Source: an uncultured Pseudomonadota bacterium
GTDB taxonomy: Bacteria > Oederibacteriota > Muellerivitia > Muellerivitales > Muellerivitaceae
DNA: 64,000 bases
Reading direction: 5' to 3'
Assembly: GCA_963836235.1 (NCBI GenBank)
Contig: CAWIIP010000005.1
Coordinates: 128,001 to 192,000, forward strand
Shown here: in pieces, positions 27,918 through 35,291 of the stretch
How the letters are laid out: each line of letters opens with the position of its first letter
Numbering within the stretch: the stretch's first letter is position 1
Program-made: the position numbers and the translations under genes
Notes under the pieces: model-generated
Databases searched by the model: none
Seen by the model: only the letters and a program-made list of their open reading frames with translations
What the model was told of the DNA's origin: nothing

Positions 27918-27944
27918 GGGTTTCCTAAAGAAGAGATCTAATTT

Positions 27945-28241
27945 TGGTGGGGCATCCTGGATTTGAACCAGGGACCAAGGCATTCAGGTTTGTGCCGTTT
28001 GCACGGCTCCCTGGACTATCTCTTCACCCATCTGAAGGGTGTGGGATACTTCTTCGCGGTGTTTAAGGGGTCTTTACCCCTCCGCTAGTCTCTGCACCTT
28101 CCCCCGGTGTACCGGGGGCTTGGCTCAGGATTGCCCGTTGCCGGGTTTCCCTGACTTCATCCCATTTCATCCACTGGCTTTCGCCGGTGGCGCACAGCTT
28201 ACGCTATGAGTGCCCTGCTCTGACCGCTGAGCTAATGCCCC
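27945..28241 (-). tRNA. tRNA-Ile2 (anticodon CAU) split by a group I intron; exons 28241-28206 and 27984-27945
   Basis: Spliced 76-mer GGGGCATTAGCTCAGCGGTCAGAGCAGGGCACTCAT^AATGCCTTGGTCCCTGGTTCAAATCCAGGATGCCCCACCA folds as a cloverleaf with encoded CCA and resembles ileX; Ile2 versus elongator Met judged by resemblance. Confidence 0.92.
27985..28205 (-). ncRNA. 221-nt group I intron (IC3-like), no ORF
   Basis: P1 CAU/AGC-GUAA-GCU-GUG with U.G at the 5' splice site; P3 GGGAU/AUCCC; Q AAUCCUGAGC; R GUGCAGAGACUA; S AAGAGAUAGUCC; terminal G. Confidence 0.93.
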
Positions 28242-28299
28242 GCTTAATTTTCAATAGATTATGCGATTGTTTGATCTTTCGGAAGAAAAAACGACCGGC

Positions 28300-28641
28300 T
28301 TAGACTGCCTTGGTCAAATCCACCCGCTTGATTAAATCAACCACTTCAACCTTGAGAACCTTCGAAACCTTCTCGATTACGTCAAGGGTGGGGCTGAACT
28401 TAGCCGTTATGTCTTCCAAGTATTGTACGGCCCTGCATGAAACACCGGACTTTGCCGCAAGCTGAGCTTGGGAAAACCCAAGCTGAGTACGATGATCCAT
28501 AGTATTCCAAGCAACACAGGCCCTAAGGCTTGGATGTTTCAAGGAGGAATAAATTTCCGGTCTTTTTTTCTTCAAGAGGCGGATATGCTCTTGGGTGGTA
28601 ATGAACCCCTCTAATTTTATTTTCTTGGTGGTCGCTTTCAT
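28300..28641 (-). CDS. XRE-family HTH protein
   Basis: RTQLGFSQAQLAAKSGVS..AVQYLE, PTLDVIEKVS. Confidence 0.85.
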   Translation of the reverse strand: MKATTKKIKLEGFITTQEHIRLLKKKRPEIYSSLKHPSLRACVAWNTMDHRTQLGFSQAQLAAKSGVSCRAVQYLEDITAKFSPTLDVIEKVSKVLKVEVVDLIKRVDLTKAV

Positions 28642-28687
28642 TTTTTCACCCTTCCCAACCGCATCATTTCCATGTCATGCGAATAGC

Positions 28688-29005
28688 TTAAATCTTTTCC
28701 AACTTCTTAATAACCTCGTTTAGAGGTATTGACTTAACTTTTCCCGACCGCATATCCGCGGCCCGCTTTTTAATCTCAGCCGCTTCATTGGCCGGGGGTT
28801 TGGAAAACGCCCAGCCGTTGTATTCATATACCGCTTTCTTAATCGAGCTTACAAGTTTATGGTCCCGGGGGCTCTCGTGAATATGGCGGATTTTTTCATC
28901 TATTGCTTCGTTGATGAAGCTGGATAAATCGGCATAGTGTTGCTTCTTGGCAATTTCTCGAAGCGTCCGGGGGTTCACTTTTGGCCTAAAATTGATGGCT
29001 TGCAT
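28688..29005 (-). CDS. ribbon-helix-helix antitoxin-like protein (cassette 2)
   Basis: AINFR strand, DLSSFINEAID helix, C-terminal SGKVKSIPLNEV; SD AAGGAGG. Confidence 0.7.
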   Translation of the reverse strand: MQAINFRPKVNPRTLREIAKKQHYADLSSFINEAIDEKIRHIHESPRDHKLVSSIKKAVYEYNGWAFSKPPANEAAEIKKRAADMRSGKVKSIPLNEVIKKLEKI

Positions 29006-29038
29006 AGCAGGGCCTCCTTTAACGATATCGCTACCCAT

Positions 29039-29067
29039 ATCGTATTACGTCCGTATTACACCGTCAA
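29039..29067 (-). promoter_or_regulatory. sigma70 promoter with direct-repeat operator
   Basis: TTGACG-17 bp-TACGAT overlapped by GTAATACG twice at 11-bp period. Confidence 0.78.
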
Positions 29068-29072
29068 GATGG

Positions 29073-29336
29073 TTACCGGACTAGTTTCACATGGGTAATT
29101 TGGACCGTCTTTGTGTTGAAATGGGCTTCTCCTGAAATACGAAGCATTTGGCCGGTTTCGGCTCGGAAGAGGTCTAAACCCTTATGCTTGTAAACGAAGA
29201 ACCACTTTTCTGGCGGGAAGTTTTCCAAGATTTTAAGACGGGCCAAAATATCAGGCCTCAAATCTTGGTTGGTTTCATAGATTTTCGCAAGTTGATCTTC
29301 CGCCTCTGACGAAAGACTTACTTTCCATTTTTCCAT
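29073..29336 (-). CDS. RelE/ParE-like small protein with FPPExW motif (cassette 2)
   Basis: WKVSLSSEAEDQL...ILENFPPEKW...VQITHV; SD GGAGG. Confidence 0.65.
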   Translation of the reverse strand: MEKWKVSLSSEAEDQLAKIYETNQDLRPDILARLKILENFPPEKWFFVYKHKGLDLFRAETGQMLRISGEAHFNTKTVQITHVKLVR

Positions 29337-29426
29337 ATTCCCCTCCCCGATACGGCCCATGGTAGCCAAACGCTATTTTGCGGGAAACAATAAAAGACAG
29401 TTCCCGCAGGAAAAACCTCCAAACAG

Positions 29427-29729
29427 CTTGTCATATACGTGTCATTCGTTTGATACATTCCAGACCTTTTTCCGTCATTCTGAGCAAGGCACTCAATGAC
29501 AAGTAGGTGCCATGCTCAACCAATAACTAAAAGTGTCCTGCTCTGGCATTTTTGGCTTTTCAAGAGCAAGGCACTCCAATGACAAGGAGAGGTACCGAAC
29601 CGGTCGAGAAAAAATATTTTCGAGCGGTGGGGGAAATTTTCTGCTCTGCTTTTTTAAAAAAATATATTTTTCGTCGAATCAAAAAATCAAAAGTATCCCA
29701 AAAGGGCACTTGTCATAACCGTGTCATTC
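29427..29729. repeat. dispersed TGTCAT/ATGACA-containing direct repeats
   Basis: 21-mer at 29427-29447 and 29709-29729 (19/21 identical); GAGCAAGGCACTC(C)AATGACAAG at 29482-29503 and 29564-29586. Confidence 0.75.
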
Positions 29730-29908
29730 AAACTCGTTTTTTGCCGGTTTTGACCCTCGCTGACCGGCGCTGTCCGTCACTTCAAAAAAAAGGCCTCGGC
29801 CCGCTTTGGTGTTAAAACCATTGCAGGCAAAGGCCTTTGAAACTTGCTGGGGACAAGAATTTTTTGCTGCTCACGACCCTTGGTTACCGAAGGTAACACG
29901 AAAAAAAT

Positions 29909-29946
29909 TTATGAGTGCCCTGCTCTAACCGCTGAGCTAATGCCCC
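29909..29946 (-). pseudogene. duplicated 5' half of tRNA-Ile2 (att-like site)
   Basis: GGGGCATTAGCTCAGCGGTTAGAGCAGGGCACTCATAA, 37/38 identical to the spliced tRNA, ending at the end of the anticodon loop. Confidence 0.9.
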
Positions 29947-30491
29947 TTTGTGCTTGAACCGGCTTTGTCTTTCCGAACCAAGTAGTGGTAGATTTTCGCA
30001 GATAACCCATCACTTTGTCGATATTTCGTTGAAGGGTTTCCGGGCTTTTTAAGTGGTTCAAATACCGGTTTAATTCCTTTTGGTGTGAGGGGCTGAGCCT
30101 CTTGAAAACACTTTTGGCCTTCGGGTCTTTTTTTGATTCCCCAGCCAGGGCCGGATTCATCGGGACCACCGGCGGTTTTAAATCCAACTGTAAAACAACC
30201 CCGATCCGGTCTCCCACGTCTTTGCCAACCGCCTTGCGCATGACCCCATGAAGGTAAAGTCGGTGATGGGTTCCGGGAGTCGCTTTGGTACGCTTGAGCC
30301 CCAAGGGCATTAGGTTGGCCCGAAAAGGGAGGGAGTCCAGCCAAACCTTTACGGATATAACGCCCTTTTTCCCGCCTCTCCCTATGCAAATCTTCGGGAT
30401 GCAAGCAAGGCGCGGCCTGTCCCAATGGATGGTCCACATAGGGATTGATGCATTCTTTTTGAATGACCACTCGAAACGAGACTTTCTTCAC
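29909..30491 (-). pseudogene. frameshifted DUF1905/YdeI-OmpD-associated family gene
   Basis: N-terminus (MKKVSF..INPYVD) is in one frame; the rest (GVISVKV..PFRANLMP, MRKAVGKDVGD, FKRLSPSHQKE) is in another and reads into the tRNA fragment. Confidence 0.65.
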
Positions 30492-30507
30492 CCCGGCTTC
30501 CTAAAAC

Positions 30508-30543
30508 AATAAAGGCGGGCTTTTAAAGCCCGCCTTTATTTTA
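30508..30543. terminator. rho-independent terminator, possibly bidirectional
   Basis: AATAAAGGCGGGCTTT-T-AAAGCCCGCCTTTATT. Confidence 0.8.
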
Positions 30544-30572
30544 AACAAATCTTTATTGGAGCGACTGGAATT

Positions 30573-31472
30573 TTACCCCTGGTTGTAGACCCCCGCGAAA
30601 ACCGTGGCGAATTCCTCGATGGGGGTCTTCCCCCGGTGCTCCGAGGTCAGGGGTTGGGTCGGGTGAAGCTTTCCCTCGGTCCCGGCCTTGTACATCTCGA
30701 CCATGAGGTCGGTCATTCCCGGCTTGAAGCCGCTTCCCAGCAATCCCTTTTTGATGTCCTCCAGGGAAAACTGCACGTATGGCAGGTCCGGCTTGCCGAT
30801 GGCCTTGCCCAAGGCGGCGGTCACTTCCGTCTGGGTATATTCCTTGGGCCCCGTGAAGTCGAAGGCCTCATGCCCCTTGAAATGAAGCCCGTCCAGCAAC
30901 TCCGCCGCCTTCTCGCCGATATCCCGGGTGGCCACCGTGGGCAGGGGGATGTTTCCCGGGGTCGCGGCGCCGTTGATGCCGTTGCCCTTGATGACCGGGA
31001 TGGAAAAGAAATTGTTTTCCATGAAAGAGCTGGGGCGCAGGTGGACGACGTTCACCCCGGAAAGCTTGTTCAAGCGCTGTTCCTGGCGGTAGAGCCCGGC
31101 GATGGGGCCGGTGCCGCTGGGCTGTTCCGCACCGATGGAGCTGAGGTCCACGACGTATTTCACACCGGACTGGGTGATGGCCTGGACGATGGCTTCCCCG
31201 GCCTTGTACTGGAAGGCGGAAAAATCATCCGCGGCGTAGTTGGGCGGGATCATGACGAAGACCCCGTCCGCGCCCTTAAAGGCCTCGGCAAGGGCCCCGG
31301 CGTCGTCAAAGTTGGGCGAGAGGGTTTCGGCCCCCTTGGCTTTCAAGGCCGAAAGCTTTTTCGCGTCCCGGCCAAGGGCCCGCACCGCGTGCCCCTTTTC
31401 AAGAAGTTTTTCCGACAGGACATGGCCGATATGGCCGGTGGCCCCCATGATGGCGTAAGTTTTTTTCGACAT
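30573..31472 (-). CDS. NmrA-family NAD(P)H-binding protein
   Basis: GATGHIG, LSSIGA, LRPSSFMEN, VATRDIG. Confidence 0.9.
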   Translation of the reverse strand: MSKKTYAIMGATGHIGHVLSEKLLEKGHAVRALGRDAKKLSALKAKGAETLSPNFDDAGALAEAFKGADGVFVMIPPNYAADDFSAFQYKAGEAIVQAITQSGVKYVVDLSSIGAEQPSGTGPIAGLYRQEQRLNKLSGVNVVHLRPSSFMENNFFSIPVIKGNGINGAATPGNIPLPTVATRDIGEKAAELLDGLHFKGHEAFDFTGPKEYTQTEVTAALGKAIGKPDLPYVQFSLEDIKKGLLGSGFKPGMTDLMVEMYKAGTEGKLHPTQPLTSEHRGKTPIEEFATVFAGVYNQG

Positions 31473-31625
31473 TGGTTCCTCCTGGATTTTGATTGAATCA
31501 ATGTGGGGGAAAGAGAAGGCCATTGCAAGCCGTGGAGGAAATAAGTCTGTTACCCTTCAGTAACCAGGGGGACGAAGGCACAAAAAAAGACGGTTCTGGA
31601 GCCCTCCAACATTATTACATTTCGG

Positions 31626-33425
31626 TTAATCCAGGTAGCCCTTGAGTTTACGGCTACGGGAGGGGTGCCGAAGCTTCCGAAGGGCCTTGGCCTCGATCTG
31701 CCTCACCCTTTCACGGGTGACCTTGAAGGTATTGCCGACCTCTTCCAAGGTATGCGGATATCCGTCGGTCAGCCCGAAGCGTAAACGTAGGACTTCCGCT
31801 TCCCTTTCCTTGAGGGAATGAAGAACCTTCGATATCTGTTCTTGGAGTAGCACGAAGGCGGCCGCGTTGGCCGGCGAGATGACATCCTTATCTTCGATGA
31901 AGTCTCCCAAATGGCTGTCTTTTTCCTCGCCGATAGGCGTTTCCAACGAAATGGGTTCCTGGGCGATCTTGAGAATAGCGCGGACCTTCTCGACCGGCAT
32001 TTCCAATTTTTTGGCAATCTCGTCTGCCATCGGCTCCCTCCCCAATTCTTGAACCAGGTCGCGGGAAACTTTGATGGACTTGTTGATGGTCTCAATCATG
32101 TGCACCGGAATACGTATGGTGCGGGCCTGGTCCGCGATGGCGCGGGTGATGGCCTGTCGTATCCACCAGGTGGCGTAAGTGGAGAATTTATAACCCCGGC
32201 GGTACTCGAATTTCTCAACCGCGCGCATGAGTCCGATATTGCCTTCCTGGATCAGGTCCAAAAAGGGCAGTCCCCGATTAGTGTATTTTTTCGCGATCGA
32301 AATGACCAACCGCAAATTGGCTTCCACCAATTCCATGCGGGCGTAATAGGCCTCCCTCTCGCCCACCCGAATGCTCTTCATGAGAACTTTCAGGTGATCT
32401 CGGTCGGTCATGGCTTCTTTTTCCAGCTTTTTAATATTACGACGGGCTTCGTCCCAAAGGCGGGTACCCCGGACAAAATTTTCGCCCTTCAACACGCTTT
32501 TCTTCTCCAGCGGCTTGAGGTCGGAATGGGCCCCATGTTTCAAAAGGCTAGGCAGCTTGATATAGGCCTCCGGGGTCAATTTCATCTGTTTTTCCTGCAG
32601 GTGCATGACATGTTCCTGCTCTTCGATGGACTCCCCATGCTCGCGCAGGCCGCCGATGAGGCGCTCCTTGACCTTCTTTTGGAACTGGCAGTCTTTGACC
32701 AGCCAAATGAGGTCGATCAATTTGACATCCAACTGCTCTGCCAGCGGCTTACGTTTGTCGGGATGAATGGATTTTAGGCCCACCTTATGTTGGAGGGCCT
32801 TGATTTGACGTTCCAGAACCTTGAGTTTCGAATGGTTCTTCCGGAGCTTGGCATAAATCTGTTTTTCAGGAATGCTGGGCATCTCTGCGTAAGAATCCAG
32901 GTCGATGGTTTCTTGGAGGATTTTTCTTTTTTTTAGGATGTTGGTGAAAAGGTCGTGGAGCTGTTGGAAACCCAAAGCGCTTCCCAGAACGGCTTTTTGT
33001 TCCTTGAACTCGCCAGCTTCAATACGTTTGGCGATAGAAATTTCTTCCTCGCGGGTGAGAAGAGGGATACGGCCCATCTCATGGAGGTACATCTTGACCG
33101 GGTCCCCCATACGGGTCTCAATGCCGGCCGTCTCGAAGGACTTCTCGAATTCCTCCTCTTCCTCGTCTTCATCCTTAACGATCGCTCCAAGAGCCTCGGC
33201 ACCGGCTTCCTTGTCGTCGTCGGGAATGGCGACGGCTTTTTCCTCCTGTTCGACGATCTTGATGTCGTTCTCACCCAGCATTAAAAGAATATCGTCGATT
33301 TCCTCAGAGGATACGACCTCCTCGGGAAGAATGTCATTTACCTGTTTGAAGGTGATATAACCCTTTTCTTTTCCCACCTCGAGGATCTTGCTGACGTGTT
33401 CTTTCGCCTTGGACGCCGGTTTCAT
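31626..33425 (-). CDS. rpoD: RNA polymerase primary sigma factor
   Basis: Region 1.1, [47 protein letters not shown]. Confidence 0.98.
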   Translation of the reverse strand: MKPASKAKEHVSKILEVGKEKGYITFKQVNDILPEEVVSSEEIDDILLMLGENDIKIVEQEEKAVAIPDDDKEAGAEALGAIVKDEDEEEEEFEKSFETAGIETRMGDPVKMYLHEMGRIPLLTREEEISIAKRIEAGEFKEQKAVLGSALGFQQLHDLFTNILKKRKILQETIDLDSYAEMPSIPEKQIYAKLRKNHSKLKVLERQIKALQHKVGLKSIHPDKRKPLAEQLDVKLIDLIWLVKDCQFQKKVKERLIGGLREHGESIEEQEHVMHLQEKQMKLTPEAYIKLPSLLKHGAHSDLKPLEKKSVLKGENFVRGTRLWDEARRNIKKLEKEAMTDRDHLKVLMKSIRVGEREAYYARMELVEANLRLVISIAKKYTNRGLPFLDLIQEGNIGLMRAVEKFEYRRGYKFSTYATWWIRQAITRAIADQARTIRIPVHMIETINKSIKVSRDLVQELGREPMADEIAKKLEMPVEKVRAILKIAQEPISLETPIGEEKDSHLGDFIEDKDVISPANAAAFVLLQEQISKVLHSLKEREAEVLRLRFGLTDGYPHTLEEVGNTFKVTRERVRQIEAKALRKLRHPSRSRKLKGYLD

Positions 33426-35221
33426 TTGGGTTCCGCCTCTTGTGTGTATTGCCGTTTTAAAACCATCATCTGCTGGGCCAACGACAGGGCCATTTCCACC
33501 TCGCCGGTTTTTTCGGCTTCCGCCTGCCGGCCCTTCAATTCCGCCAATTGACGCTTCAAGTGCCGCTTCTTCAAGGCCGTGGCCAAATCGACCAACATGG
33601 CTTCCCGGTGCTTCTTAGCCGTCTCGTTTTCGATGCGGATAAAGGAGGGTTCCAGATCCGATACCTGGTTCAATTCATCTGGTTTCATTTCACCCGAGCT
33701 GAGGCGTTCGAACAGTTGACGGAAGTCTTCCCGCTGGAAAATCTCCGGCGACAATTCGTTGACCGCCCAAGGGATGAAATCCCCCCGCTCTTCCGTTAAA
33801 AGCGCGAGAAAGTCGGCTTCGATTTGCGAATCATTTTTGCCGGTTTCTTTTTTAGAAGCCGATCCCCTTTCTTCCACCGTAGGTTTAAGGTCGAATCCCA
33901 TTCCCGCAGGGCGGCGGACTCCCTTTTTTCGCTCCGTATTCACGATGGTCAAGAGATCCCGGTTGTCCAATCCCAACTCGGACTCAATCGCCGAACAAGC
34001 GGCCTGAACCGAAACCTCGTCTGGAATCTGCAGGATCATGGGCACAAACCCCTGGAGAGCTCTCGTCCGATCCTCCACCGGCGCGCCCTCGAATTTCTTT
34101 TTCAAAAAAACCGCCCACCAACGGAAAAAATCGGGCGATTTTTGAATCAACGATTCGAGTTCATCCTTTGAATGCTTTGTTAAATATTCGTCGGGGTCCT
34201 TGGCGTCCGGCATCACTAACACACGGATATTGAGCCCCGCCTGAACCAGTGGCTCAAAACCTCTTAAAACCGCGGCCTGGCCCGCCTGGTCGGCGTCATA
34301 CGAAAAAATCACTTCCTTGGTATAGCGCTGCAATAACCGCCCATGTTGGGACGTCAAGGCCGTGCCTAAAGTAGCGACGGCGTTTTCAAAGCCAAAATGA
34401 TGGAGAGCCAAAGCATCAAAATAACCTTCCACCACGAGCACGTAGTTTTTATGCCGAATAGCCTCTCGGGCCATATCCAATAGGTATAAGCATTCGCTTT
34501 TCTTGAAAAGAAGGGTCTCGGGGGAATTCAGGTACTTAGGCCCTGATTCTTCGCTGAGCGTCCTACCCCCGAACGCGACGATTTTATCATAGTTGTTTTT
34601 AACGGGAAAGATCAGGCGGTGTCTGAACTTATCATAAAAGCTCTTCTTTTCCTCGTTGTGAACCACTAGTCCCGCGGCCAGCATTTCCTCTTGGGAAAAT
34701 CCCGCTTTTTGTCCAGCATTTTTCAGGGCATCCCAGCCTTCAGGCGCGTAACCGATTTGATATTTCAAAGCGTCTTCTTTTGTAAATCCTCGGGCCTTGA
34801 AATATTCCCGGGCCAACTGGCCTTCGGTGGAAAGCAGCCGATCATGAAAGAATTTTCCGGCGAACTCATTGATATCTTGCATCCGTTCCCGAACCCGGTC
34901 CGATTCCTGGTTTCTTTGATTTTCCTGAGGCTTGGGAAGGGTGATATTCGCCTTATCCGCGAGCAGACGCAAAGCCTCGGGAAAAGGCATTTTCTCCATT
35001 TCCATAATAAATGTAATTACGTTGCCGCCCTTGCCACAGCCGAAGCAATGGAAACCGTTGCGGGTGGGCGACACCGTAAAACTTGGGGATTTTTCGCTAT
35101 GGAAGGGACAAAGACCTTTGTAACTCGTACCTGATTTTTTCAAGGGTACATACTCGCCAATGACCGACACAATGTCGGTGGCTTCCTTGACCCGTTGAAT
35201 GATCTCGTCCGAGTACTTCAT
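33422..35221 (-). CDS. dnaG: DNA primase
   Basis: [36 protein letters not shown]. Confidence 0.97.
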   Translation of the reverse strand: MKYSDEIIQRVKEATDIVSVIGEYVPLKKSGTSYKGLCPFHSEKSPSFTVSPTRNGFHCFGCGKGGNVITFIMEMEKMPFPEALRLLADKANITLPKPQENQRNQESDRVRERMQDINEFAGKFFHDRLLSTEGQLAREYFKARGFTKEDALKYQIGYAPEGWDALKNAGQKAGFSQEEMLAAGLVVHNEEKKSFYDKFRHRLIFPVKNNYDKIVAFGGRTLSEESGPKYLNSPETLLFKKSECLYLLDMAREAIRHKNYVLVVEGYFDALALHHFGFENAVATLGTALTSQHGRLLQRYTKEVIFSYDADQAGQAAVLRGFEPLVQAGLNIRVLVMPDAKDPDEYLTKHSKDELESLIQKSPDFFRWWAVFLKKKFEGAPVEDRTRALQGFVPMILQIPDEVSVQAACSAIESELGLDNRDLLTIVNTERKKGVRRPAGMGFDLKPTVEERGSASKKETGKNDSQIEADFLALLTEERGDFIPWAVNELSPEIFQREDFRQLFERLSSGEMKPDELNQVSDLEPSFIRIENETAKKHREAMLVDLATALKKRHLKRQLAELKGRQAEAEKTGEVEMALSLAQQMMVLKRQYTQEAEPK

Positions 35222-35291
35222 AGAACCTCAAAAGCTTATAAAACCGTCCAACCTTTCTCTACGGCTCGTAAGGTTGGGCGGCTCTAATTTC

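Larger units (their letters stand above)
28242..29946. mobile_element. ~1.7-kb tRNA-linked islet or island remnant, no integrase
   Basis: Bounded by two copies of the tRNA 5' half; carries TA-like and XRE genes and a repeat-rich non-coding arm. Confidence 0.7.

Noticed and set aside
29533-29815. Short plus-strand ORFs in the islet arm
   Set aside because: No SD or motifs; the region is better explained as non-coding repeats
29909-29946. A second complete, trans-spliced or permuted tRNA
   Set aside because: No 3' half or intron core follows the fragment; it is best read as an att-like duplicate
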